Assembly: GCA_965237675.1 (NCBI GenBank) | Contig: OZ250150.1 | Span: 2,496,001 to 2,560,000, forward strand | Origin: Candidatus Latescibacterota bacterium | GTDB taxonomy: Bacteria; Latescibacterota; UBA2968; GCA-2709665 | DNA length: 64,000 nt | Reading direction: 5' to 3' | Made by a program: the position numbers and the translations under genes | Shown here: in pieces, positions 28,500 through 37,485 of the stretch | Layout: the number at the start of each line of letters is the position of its first letter | Numbering within the stretch: position 1 is the first letter of the stretch | The notes under the pieces: generated by a model | What the model was told of the DNA's origin: nothing | The model's input: the letters and a program-made list of their open reading frames with translations, nothing else | Databases searched by the model: none

Positions 28500-29014
28500 A
28501 TCACGAGATCGGGTTGAACGTAAACGGAACGTTGTATGAGTTGTCCTTGGAGCCGCGCAAGACGCTGCTGGCCGTGCTTAGGGATCGCCTGGGGTTGATC
28601 GGCACCAAGGAGGGATGTTCGACCGGCGACTGCGGCGCATGTACGGTACTGCTCGACGGTGAGCCGGTGACGTCCTGCCTGGTGCTGGCGGTTGCGGCCG
28701 ATGGACGGGAGATCACAACGGTGGAGGGCATCGCTGACGCGGGCGTCCTGCATCCGGTTCAGGAGGCCATGGTGGGCTTGGGCGGGCTGCAGTGCGGTTT
28801 CTGCACGCCGGGTTTCATCGTCTCGTCCTATGCCCTTCTGCAGAAGAACCCCTCGCCTTCGGAGGAGGAGATCCGGCGGGCGCTGGCCGGCAATCTCTGC
28901 CGGTGCACGGGGTATACGAAAATCGTGGAGGCGGTGCATGAGGCCGCGAAGCGAATGGCTGGAAAAATGGCAGGAAACGGGCTGCCGCATAGATGGACGG
29001 ATTGTCCCAGATGA
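28496..29014 (+). CDS. Xanthine dehydrogenase family (2Fe-2S) small subunit
   Basis: GCSTGDCGAC, QCGFCTPG and GNLCRCTGY. Confidence 0.95.
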   Translation: MNHEIGLNVNGTLYELSLEPRKTLLAVLRDRLGLIGTKEGCSTGDCGACTVLLDGEPVTSCLVLAVAADGREITTVEGIADAGVLHPVQEAMVGLGGLQCGFCTPGFIVSSYALLQKNPSPSEEEIRRALAGNLCRCTGYTKIVEAVHEAAKRMAGKMAGNGLPHRWTDCPR

Positions 29015-29176
29015 GTTCAGTATCGCCGAGCACGCCGTGTCGAATGACGCGGCGTTGTTCGATATCGGAAGTGAAACTGAGAGTGAATCGTTGCGGGGAA
29101 AAGCAACATCACGATTTGCTGAAGAACCTGGATCGGATTCCGTTGGTTGAATCGGAACAGGAAGGCTGCAGGGTCT

Positions 29177-30196
29177 ATGGCGAGGTTCAAGGCGGGCATC
29201 ATCGGATGTGGAGGGCGGGGACGCGCGCATGCGCAGGGTTATGCCGCATCGGCCGACGTGGAGGTCGTGGCGTGCGCGGATCCCGTTGAGGGGGCCGGGC
29301 GGAATCTGGCGGAGCAGTTCGACGTCGGGCGGACATACGCAGACTACCGGGAGATGCTGGCACGCGAAGATCTGGATTTCGTCAGCGTGTGTACCTGGAT
29401 CGGAATGCATCGGGAAATGGTCGTGGCCGCGGCAAAGCGCGGTGTGCAGGCCATCCATGCGGAAAAACCGATGGCCCCGACGTGGGGGGATGCGAAAGCG
29501 CTCTACCGGGCATGTGTGGACCACGACGTCACGATTACGTTCTGCCACCAGCGCCGCTTCGAAGCGCCTTTCATAAAGGCTAAAGCCCTTGTGGACGAAG
29601 GGGCGATCGGGAAGCTTGTACGGGTGGAGGGGGCGTGTCCAAATCTGCTGGACTGGGGCACGCACTGGTTCGACATGTTTTTCTTTTACAATAACGACGA
29701 ACCCGCGGAGTGGGTGCTCGGGCAGATCGACGCGTCGGAAAAACGGGAAATATTCGGCGTGGAAGTGGAGGCAGGCGGGGTGTCCTGGATTCGCTGGCGG
29801 AACGGATTGGAGGGATTACTGACAACCGGCGACGCCGAGCTTCAGGGCGTGTCGAACCGGCTGAACGGTACGGAGGGGATGATCGAAATGGGGGGCGGGC
29901 GTGACAAACCCCCGATCCGGATCATGCGCTCCGGCTCGGGCTGGGAGGATCCGGATCTGGGAGGCCCCCAGGTGAATCCAACCGTGCTCTCGGTCCTGGA
30001 TCTGGTGGATTGCGTCAAGACGGGGCGCGAACCGGTGTTGAGCGGCCGAAATGCCTTACAGGCGACGGAACTGATCTTTGCAACCTACGAATCCAGCCGC
30101 CGCCGCGGGAGGGTGGACCTGCCGCTCGACGTGGAAGATTCGGCCCTGTTGACAATGCTGGAAGACGGGACGATCGGGACGGAGAGAAGCAAGTGA
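29177..30196 (+). CDS. Gfo/Idh/MocA family oxidoreductase
   Basis: GIIGCGG, HAEKPM and DWGTHWFD. Confidence 0.9.
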   Translation: MARFKAGIIGCGGRGRAHAQGYAASADVEVVACADPVEGAGRNLAEQFDVGRTYADYREMLAREDLDFVSVCTWIGMHREMVVAAAKRGVQAIHAEKPMAPTWGDAKALYRACVDHDVTITFCHQRRFEAPFIKAKALVDEGAIGKLVRVEGACPNLLDWGTHWFDMFFFYNNDEPAEWVLGQIDASEKREIFGVEVEAGGVSWIRWRNGLEGLLTTGDAELQGVSNRLNGTEGMIEMGGGRDKPPIRIMRSGSGWEDPDLGGPQVNPTVLSVLDLVDCVKTGREPVLSGRNALQATELIFATYESSRRRGRVDLPLDVEDSALLTMLEDGTIGTERSK

Positions 30197-30267
30197 CTTG
30201 ACGCGAATTCGGTCGGTTGGCGGGTCCTGATGATATGCAACCGACGCCACCAGACTGGAAGGCAACC

Positions 30268-30555
30268 ATGCTACCGGAGAACCGGATTCCGACGCATCCA
30301 GGGGAGGTCCTCCTGGAAGAATTCCTGAAACCCATGGGTATGACCCAGGTGGCGTTCGCCAGGCACATCGAAGTACCGCTTCAGAGAGTTAACGAGATCG
30401 TGAACGGAAAGCGCGGGGTAACCCCCGAGACTGCGTGGCTGTTTTCCCAAGCGCTGGGCACAGCGCCGGAGTTATGGTTAAACCTCCAGCGAAATCATGA
30501 CTTGGCCAAGAACCGACCCGACAAGGAAATCCGAAAGCTTCGAGCGGTGGGATAG
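30268..30555 (+). CDS. higA: HigA-family addiction-module antitoxin (orphan)
   Basis: HPGEVLLEEFLKPMG, RVNEIVNGKRGVTPETA and WLNLQ. Confidence 0.9.
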   Translation: MLPENRIPTHPGEVLLEEFLKPMGMTQVAFARHIEVPLQRVNEIVNGKRGVTPETAWLFSQALGTAPELWLNLQRNHDLAKNRPDKEIRKLRAVG

Positions 30556-30579
30556 ACCCGGGTCAACAAGGAGGATCCT

Positions 30580-31209
30580 GTGAGTTTTCAGGTGTATGAT
30601 TATCGGACGGATGTGTGCAACATGCTCGTCACGCCCCAGATCCGGTCGCGTTTCGTGCGGATGGAGCCGGGCGAATCCGCGTCGTTGCACAGCCACGACC
30701 TGGGCCATGAGATCTTTCTCGTGCTGGCCGGCCGCGCGGAATTCAGGATCGACGGCGGAATTCGGGAGGTGGGCCCCGGGCAGTTGTGCGTGGCCCTTGC
30801 GGATGAGATCCACTCGGTGCGGACCGTGGGGGATGAGCCGATGACGATGTACCTGTCGGTCACGCCGCACATCCAGCCCACGCATACCGGGAGGACTACG
30901 GACGGCGTGCGGATGCCGACCCGCTTCGCGCCTTCAGGTTCGTACGACGTGGAGCCGGACGACGCGGTGCCGATGGGGGAAGTGGTCAATCGCAGTCTGG
31001 AAGCGGCTCGGGCCCTGGCGAAAGATGCGGCGGCCCTTGCGCAGGTGCAGGAGGAGACGGCGGGTCGCCTTCACGGAGACAGGAAGGAGGCCGTCGAAGC
31101 CCGCGAGGCGGTATGGGAGGCGCTGTACAGGGTGTTCAGACAGGCGTACGATCTGGCGGATGGATGGAACGCGCTGGCGGATCGGGTCGAACGGATGCAG
31201 GGCGGTTAG
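30580..31209 (+). CDS. Cupin domain protein with a helical C-terminal extension
   Basis: HSHDLGHEIFLVLAG and DEIHSV cupin motifs; RBS AAGGAGG. Confidence 0.8.
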   Translation: MSFQVYDYRTDVCNMLVTPQIRSRFVRMEPGESASLHSHDLGHEIFLVLAGRAEFRIDGGIREVGPGQLCVALADEIHSVRTVGDEPMTMYLSVTPHIQPTHTGRTTDGVRMPTRFAPSGSYDVEPDDAVPMGEVVNRSLEAARALAKDAAALAQVQEETAGRLHGDRKEAVEAREAVWEALYRVFRQAYDLADGWNALADRVERMQGG

Positions 31210-31281
31210 GCACCGGTGAATTGGATCCGGCGCGATCTTTTTCGAGCTCCCGATCCGGAACACATAGACAGGGGAAATTCG

Positions 31282-32373
31282 ATGGCTCCCGTCAAGCTGG
31301 GCGTGGTGGGTTGCGGCGCAATCGCGCAGGTGCAGCATCTGCCGAATCTGGCGGGGTTGAGACAGGAGTTTGAGGTCACGACCGTATGCGATCTGTCGCC
31401 CGGATTGGCTGACTGGGCCGCGAAGACATTCCATGTGCCCGCGGCGGTGACGGATTTTCGCAGGCTTGTCAGGTCGGACGACGTGGAGGCGGTGCTCCTG
31501 TGCCATTCAGACCCGAAGACCGAAGCGGCCGTGGCGGCGCTGGAGGCGGGGAAACATGTGCTCATTGAAAAGCCCGTCTGCTTTTCGCTCCGGGAGGCGG
31601 ATGCGATCGCTCGGGCGGCCGATGGGGCCTGCGTTGTGGCGCAGGCGGGGTACATGAAGGTGTACGATCCGGCGTTCGAGACCGCGAAAGCCGAGGTGGA
31701 CGGGATGGCGGATATTCGATTCGTTCAGGTGAATCATCTGCACCCGGACAACCGGCTCCATCTGCGCCAGTACAGGCTTAAGCGGTTTGACGATTTGCCG
31801 GCGGCACAGGTCGCGAAGACGCAGGCAGACAGACAGGCGGCGGTACTTGAGGCGATCGGTGAGGCGTCCGAAGACGCGCTTCGCGCTTTTTTCACGCTTT
31901 CGGGAAGCATGATTCATGATTTGTACTGTCTTCGTGTGATGTTGGGGATGCCGGAGTCGGTGATCAGCACGGAGGTGTGGAACGAAGGGCGGGCGATTTC
32001 AACAGTACTGTCGTACTGCAACGGCGCGCGTTGCGTCGCATCCTGGGTCGACCTTCCTGAGCTCTGGGACTTTAAGGAGACGCTGGAAGTGTACGGCGGA
32101 AACCGGCGCGTGCTGGTTTCCTATCCGACGGGTTTCGCCAGGGGGATTCTGTCCACGGTTGTTGTGTATGAGACGAACGTCCGGGGCGGGACGTCCTCCC
32201 GGCGGCCGGCGGTGGCGTGGGAAAGCCCCTTTGTGCGCGAACTGCGCCATTTCCATTCATGTATAATCGGACAGGACGCCTGCCGGACGCCCGTGACCGA
32301 GGCGCGGGAGGATATCAGGTTGATTATAGATATTACACGGTCATATATGGAGCGCAGGCCGATATCCACATAG
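31282..32373 (+). CDS. Gfo/Idh/MocA family oxidoreductase
   Basis: GVVGCGAIA, AGKHVLIEKP and MIHDL. Confidence 0.9.
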   Translation: MAPVKLGVVGCGAIAQVQHLPNLAGLRQEFEVTTVCDLSPGLADWAAKTFHVPAAVTDFRRLVRSDDVEAVLLCHSDPKTEAAVAALEAGKHVLIEKPVCFSLREADAIARAADGACVVAQAGYMKVYDPAFETAKAEVDGMADIRFVQVNHLHPDNRLHLRQYRLKRFDDLPAAQVAKTQADRQAAVLEAIGEASEDALRAFFTLSGSMIHDLYCLRVMLGMPESVISTEVWNEGRAISTVLSYCNGARCVASWVDLPELWDFKETLEVYGGNRRVLVSYPTGFARGILSTVVVYETNVRGGTSSRRPAVAWESPFVRELRHFHSCIIGQDACRTPVTEAREDIRLIIDITRSYMERRPIST

Positions 32374-32504
32374 TGGCGAGACACGCAGCAATGAGACAAG
32401 GGCCCGGGAAGATCGAAGCGGGCCCTTTCGTTATGTCCACTCAGGGAAGCAGGCGAAGCCGATTCTTTTGATGATCCGAATGCCTGCACATAAAGTTGCT
32501 GCAA

Positions 32505-33473
32505 TTACCAACCATCCGAAACCGGATAGAGGGTCAACCTGCCTTTCCTCCCCGCGCCTTCATCGGCAACGATCAGCGTGCCGTCCGCAGCGAAGGTAAT
32601 TCCTTCAACCTGACGATGCCACCGCGCGGGAAACTTCCTGACTGCAACGACCTGTCCAGCCGGCGTAATTTCGGCGATCGCCCCCTGACGGCCAGCTACG
32701 ACGAAATAATTCCCGGAAATCGGATGCCTCTCGATTCCCGAGGGATGGAATTTTCGTCCGCCGATGTGTCGAGAGAGTTCAACGACCGGTATTACGATGC
32801 GTACATCTTCATTGAGCTGTTTTTTGTCAATTGACCAATGGTACACTGCCAACTGTCCCTCCATGTCCAGGCTGCGAGCGTCCTTGCACATCAGTAAGAG
32901 TCCCCGCAGCCTCTGGATATATGTCAAGCCCTCTATTTCGCAATCTCTGCCGACACCCGTCGTATAGACATTGAAAAGAACGGACTCGCCGGAAGCTCCC
33001 TCACGAAACTCGAATAGCCGCCCCGAACTCGTGACCAGGAAGATCTTGTCGTCGGTTGCGGCAATGCCCTCAAAGTCGCCGGCAACCGGGAAATTCATAT
33101 CCGCCAATTGGAATGACTTTACGATTGACCCTTGCAGATAATCGATCTCGAAAATGATCGCTCTCTCATCGTTGTGCGCCAGGAGCCGGTCGTCTCCGGT
33201 CATTGCCAGGCCGGAGACCTCCTCGAGTTCCCTGGGGAGCTTCCAATGCGTTGCTGTCTCGGGGTCCAGGGTATAGCTTTCGAGAGATATCTTCCTTTTG
33301 GATGCCGTCATCGTGTCCGCGGAAGGGAGGACATCTGAAGTTTCCGGATTTGCGTTTAAGGGATCTCCAGTGAATTCCGCGGTTGCGGCCTCTCCGAATC
33401 CCGTCGACAGCAGAATGAGTAGAATGGCGAGACCAGGGTAGTCCAGCGCGGATTTGTCTTTGAACTTCTTCAT
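32505..33473 (-). CDS. SdiA-regulated-family beta-propeller, exported
   Basis: Hydrophobic N-terminus; repeated EVSGL, DFEGIA, EIEGL and QVEGITF...ADEG blades. Confidence 0.7.
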   Translation of the reverse strand: MKKFKDKSALDYPGLAILLILLSTGFGEAATAEFTGDPLNANPETSDVLPSADTMTASKRKISLESYTLDPETATHWKLPRELEEVSGLAMTGDDRLLAHNDERAIIFEIDYLQGSIVKSFQLADMNFPVAGDFEGIAATDDKIFLVTSSGRLFEFREGASGESVLFNVYTTGVGRDCEIEGLTYIQRLRGLLLMCKDARSLDMEGQLAVYHWSIDKKQLNEDVRIVIPVVELSRHIGGRKFHPSGIERHPISGNYFVVAGRQGAIAEITPAGQVVAVRKFPARWHRQVEGITFAADGTLIVADEGAGRKGRLTLYPVSDGW

Positions 33474-33554
33474 TTTCAATTATACCGTTATCAATTCTCT
33501 TCAGTTCGTGCCTGCCTGATTTTCCCTGTTGACTGGAGGCTTTTAGATTACCGG

Positions 33555-34493
33555 TTACAAACTCTGATCTGTCTCAACTCCCGTCAGTTCTACACCTTTA
33601 ATACGCTTTTTTCCTCTCTTCTCTATATCCCGGACAAGAGAGGTCAGATCGACGGATTGTTTCGAAGTAACATCATACACAACGACGACCGATCCATCAT
33701 CATTCTCGATCACTTCTGCTACGTTCCACTTTATGCTTCCGGAGTTGAGCGTCGGGCCTGTTGCTTTTTGTGCTGCATTGACGTTCGTTGCATGCACGGC
33801 AATCCGGGAATCATGGGAATTCCCGTTGGCATTATCCTCTAATTCGGAGGTCCGGACCGATTTCTTCGGCGAGACAATTTTCCAGCCGGAAACTACAGGA
33901 GGTTGTGCTCCATAATTGGTTTTCCACACGCCCAGTGTTATGGTTACGAAAGCCAACGATGCGAGGTAGGCCACTGTCGTAAGCTGGGTACCGGCCGCCA
34001 GCCCGATCCCGATGACCATAAACATGTACACGGCATCCATCGTCCCTCTGAGCGAGATCCGAAAGCTGACGGCGGCCACGATGCCCGCCAGGCTGAACGC
34101 AAGGGCAAGACTGCCTTTAACCAGAAAGACAACCAGCGCTATGGCGACAGGCATCACGAGCAGAGTGTGCAAAAAGGATTGGCTGTATTTCTTGGGCGAA
34201 TGCGTCCAGGCATATACCCAGGTAATTGGGAGGGTAACCCCGAAGGCCAGTACCAGTGCGACCACAACCGGAATCGTATGTGCCGGATCGAGAAGGCGGT
34301 TTATCCCTTCCTTGATGTTTCCCAGTGGAACCGCAGCGTCGACGCCCGAGCCGAGCGATTTTCCCACGAATATGCGTTCACGCTCCTTGGCGACGTAATG
34401 GAGAATTTCGGGAAAAACATGAAAGACCGTATTGAGAATCACAAGCCAGGTGATATAATAAATGAGCAGACGTACGATGATGTTGTTAGACAC
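33555..34493 (-). CDS. DUF4956 membrane protein
   Basis: Multiple TM segments; SLALAFSLAGIVAAVSFR and IGIGLAAG match DUF4956; GTG start after AAGGAGG. Confidence 0.75.
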   Translation of the reverse strand: MSNNIIVRLLIYYITWLVILNTVFHVFPEILHYVAKERERIFVGKSLGSGVDAAVPLGNIKEGINRLLDPAHTIPVVVALVLAFGVTLPITWVYAWTHSPKKYSQSFLHTLLVMPVAIALVVFLVKGSLALAFSLAGIVAAVSFRISLRGTMDAVYMFMVIGIGLAAGTQLTTVAYLASLAFVTITLGVWKTNYGAQPPVVSGWKIVSPKKSVRTSELEDNANGNSHDSRIAVHATNVNAAQKATGPTLNSGSIKWNVAEVIENDDGSVVVVYDVTSKQSVDLTSLVRDIEKRGKKRIKGVELTGVETDQSL

Positions 34494-34655
34494 AGCATCC
34501 TCCTTCTAGTCCTGTATCCCACACAGGCGTTTGCGTATTCGTTCGAGATTCCAGTGGATCGATCTTGCGGTTGCGGTCCGGACGAGTGGCCTGGTCTCCT
34601 CGTAGTCGTTGTCGGTATAGGATCGGATTCTGTCCACGAGTTCCAGGACGGATCA

Positions 34656-37376
34656 TTAGAACAGGAAACCTCCACGCAGATAAACCCCCGTCAAGTCATC
34701 CCCTTTTACCAATGCCGCGCTCAAGGTGTGCCTGCGCTTTAAGAACGACAGCCAGAATCCACCCCCGATGCTGGTGTGCCATTTGCCGGCATTTGCGGGA
34801 TCTCCGTCATAAAATACCCGGCCGGCATCGGCCGTACCGAACAGACCCAACTCTCCCGCCACCAGGAGCCTGACTCTGGCCAGAACCAGCCGCAATTCGG
34901 AATTTCCATACAGCGAAGTATCTCCAGCGAACCGGTTTTTCCGGAAACCGCGTAAGTTGCCTCTGGAAATGCCGGTGCCAAGAGCGCCGGGTCCGCCCAG
35001 AAAGGCGCTTTCGTAGAAGGGAAAAGACCCCCATACCTTCTTGCCGCCCACTCGAAGTGCAAGGGTCGGGTTCGTCGGCATGCGCGCAGTCAGGTAAGTA
35101 CTTGCTTCCAGGTCTATGTTTCCAAAGGTCGAGTCCACAGTCCGGATTCCCGGGTAGACGGCTCCGGCAACCCTGAGCCAGATACCCTGAGTGGAATACA
35201 GCGGGTTGTCACGCATATCGCAGCTGATTTCTGCCTGTGCGCCTACCTGTGTGACGGAACCCGTACCGTACAGAGGTTGATCGAGCGAACCGATAAATTT
35301 CCCCTTATTGGCGTCGAGCGGTACATTTGAATACTTTATGATCGGCCCAAAGTCAATGTTTAATTTCGAGCGAAGCGACTCGATACCAACTCTGGGCACA
35401 TCTTCTTCATGATCTCTTGCTCGGTACCCGAGGGCCGGTGCGAAAACGAAGAGTCCTTGCTCCAGCTTATAGAAGGAAGTCGGTTGCGACATCTCCGTAT
35501 TGTTCCCGAATCCGTTGAACCGCAACAACTGGATTCCGGAGTACTCGACGTGGACCCTCGCATCGAAGGAGCGCACCGGCTGGCGAAAGTGTCCGGTGTA
35601 GGAAACAAATGGCTTGACGCTCTCGGGACGATCAAGTGCTGCAAGCCCCACGGTAAAATTGTGTTGTGAAGAGAAGGGGTCTTTCCGATAACCGTAATAC
35701 TGCCTGATGTGCTGTACTCCCGCGTACACGTGGAGGTCCGGATTAATCAATAAGATCGGTAGATTTGCAGTCCGCCTGCCCCAATCCAATGCGTACCTGG
35801 CATTCGGCGTATGCGATCCGGCAGGCCGCTGGTAAGAACGCTCGTCGATCCCCGCTCCGCCGCCCGTGACGAACCGGTTCATTCCACGTGAATCATAGAA
35901 ACGGGTCTTTGAGGCGCCTGCGTGGGACGAGTTCGCGAGCGTGTCGTCTCCACCTCCGCCATCGATGCGAACGACAATCCGCCCGCTGTTTCCTGATATT
36001 TCCGCACGGTCATCTCCCCCCCGGAGGTGAATGCGGACTTCCCGGGTTTCTTTGGGATTGAACGTCCTTTGGAACCAGGGCGCCTTCCTTTCACCACGAG
36101 CGCCTTCCATCAGACCGATACGGACTCCGAGATCACCGTTCGGCAGGTGCTCGCACTGGACGTACTCGTCCTGGTCCGTTGCCAGGATTTCGGCCTCCCG
36201 GTATATAAGATTATAGTACCTGGTGGCAAATTCAGGCAAAGCGTTCCGCCTCGATTTGAGGGCTTCGGCCAGAGTCTTCCCAACCATCTTGAAATACGGT
36301 GGTGGCAATTTTCTTACGGCGTCCTCGATAACCTTTTTGGGCAGACTCGCGCAAAAGGCCGTTACTACCGAATCCCACGCAGCCTTGTCGAGCTCGGCCA
36401 GGAATTCGCGGTCTATTTCCCAACCAGTCGTCGTGAGGCCGATTAGACTGGGATACGTCCTCTGGAACTGTATTTGTATGGGGAATTGTCGCCGCGCTAT
36501 CGTCATGGCAAGTCCTTCGAAAAGGATAAATGCCTGGTCGCGATCCTCGGGTATCGGGCGCCAGGTATGACAATCGCCGTCAGGAAACCGCGCCCATCTC
36601 CACTGCCCGTAATGGCGGTCCTTGTCGTTGATGAGAAAATCCATCAGTCTCGCATTCAGAAAGGCACGGGCATCCACGCGGTTGCATGGGCTTTTTTCCA
36701 GGTGTTTCCTCAGCTTCTCCGTTCCACTGACCTTCCGGGAACCGGCAAAGCCGGGCGTATCGTCCGGCCCTTCGGAAGGATGTTCCTGCAGCATGCCAAT
36801 CAGTCCGGCAAACGCTCCCCTGTACTCCTTAAGCCTGGGATCGTCCGGAATAACGACGAGCGTATGCCTGGAATGGAGGATACCTGCGGCCTTCATCAGC
36901 GGATCGACCACGAGCGCCCCCGTTGGCAGCATCGCGCAGATCAGATCCTGAAGGACGTCGCCCACGAACGTATCCGCGATTCCGTCGGGGACCCTCCTGG
37001 TGGCATCCTTATCCAGCGAACGCACTGTATACCTACGGCCGTCTTTCCCTGTAAAGTGAAGAGAGATAGATTGTCCGAAGCCGCCGGTGCGAAGAGGCGT
37101 CAAGCCACCACCTACGCTGTCGAGATCCAGGACTGCAACCTCGATTGGCGTTGTCCAGAGGTCCCGGTAATTGCTGCCGTAGAGCCAGCGGTTGAATCCG
37201 CCGGCTCTGAACCTTTCCCCGGGAATCACCATATGAGTCCGGGCGCCCTTCGGAGGAATGGATCGCTGAATCATGGACCCGGGAGCCGGTGAACTCCTTT
37301 GAGGTGTGGATTCCGTGGGAACAGAAAAAGCGAGCACTATCAGGAGCAGAACCGGGTTCCATCTGGAAAACATCAT
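34656..37376 (-). CDS. Omp85/BamA-like barrel protein with an N-terminal kinase-like domain
   Basis: Signal peptide; GGFGQS...RSLDKD and DFLINDKDRHYGQW; barrel motif LRGF and a terminal Phe (GGFLF). Confidence 0.7.
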   Translation of the reverse strand: MMFSRWNPVLLLIVLAFSVPTESTPQRSSPAPGSMIQRSIPPKGARTHMVIPGERFRAGGFNRWLYGSNYRDLWTTPIEVAVLDLDSVGGGLTPLRTGGFGQSISLHFTGKDGRRYTVRSLDKDATRRVPDGIADTFVGDVLQDLICAMLPTGALVVDPLMKAAGILHSRHTLVVIPDDPRLKEYRGAFAGLIGMLQEHPSEGPDDTPGFAGSRKVSGTEKLRKHLEKSPCNRVDARAFLNARLMDFLINDKDRHYGQWRWARFPDGDCHTWRPIPEDRDQAFILFEGLAMTIARRQFPIQIQFQRTYPSLIGLTTTGWEIDREFLAELDKAAWDSVVTAFCASLPKKVIEDAVRKLPPPYFKMVGKTLAEALKSRRNALPEFATRYYNLIYREAEILATDQDEYVQCEHLPNGDLGVRIGLMEGARGERKAPWFQRTFNPKETREVRIHLRGGDDRAEISGNSGRIVVRIDGGGGDDTLANSSHAGASKTRFYDSRGMNRFVTGGGAGIDERSYQRPAGSHTPNARYALDWGRRTANLPILLINPDLHVYAGVQHIRQYYGYRKDPFSSQHNFTVGLAALDRPESVKPFVSYTGHFRQPVRSFDARVHVEYSGIQLLRFNGFGNNTEMSQPTSFYKLEQGLFVFAPALGYRARDHEEDVPRVGIESLRSKLNIDFGPIIKYSNVPLDANKGKFIGSLDQPLYGTGSVTQVGAQAEISCDMRDNPLYSTQGIWLRVAGAVYPGIRTVDSTFGNIDLEASTYLTARMPTNPTLALRVGGKKVWGSFPFYESAFLGGPGALGTGISRGNLRGFRKNRFAGDTSLYGNSELRLVLARVRLLVAGELGLFGTADAGRVFYDGDPANAGKWHTSIGGGFWLSFLKRRHTLSAALVKGDDLTGVYLRGGFLF

Positions 37377-37485
37377 TCTTGACCTTTTCGCTTCGGGTTC
37401 GGGAAATCTGGAAAACCTGAAGTCGGACAGGCGAATTCACTTCTGCAACACTTCAACACGCGACTATCAGAAATTACCGTGCATA

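Noticed and set aside
25395-29014. Aerobic CO dehydrogenase (coxLMS)
   Set aside because: It lacks AYxCSFR and the cox accessory genes.
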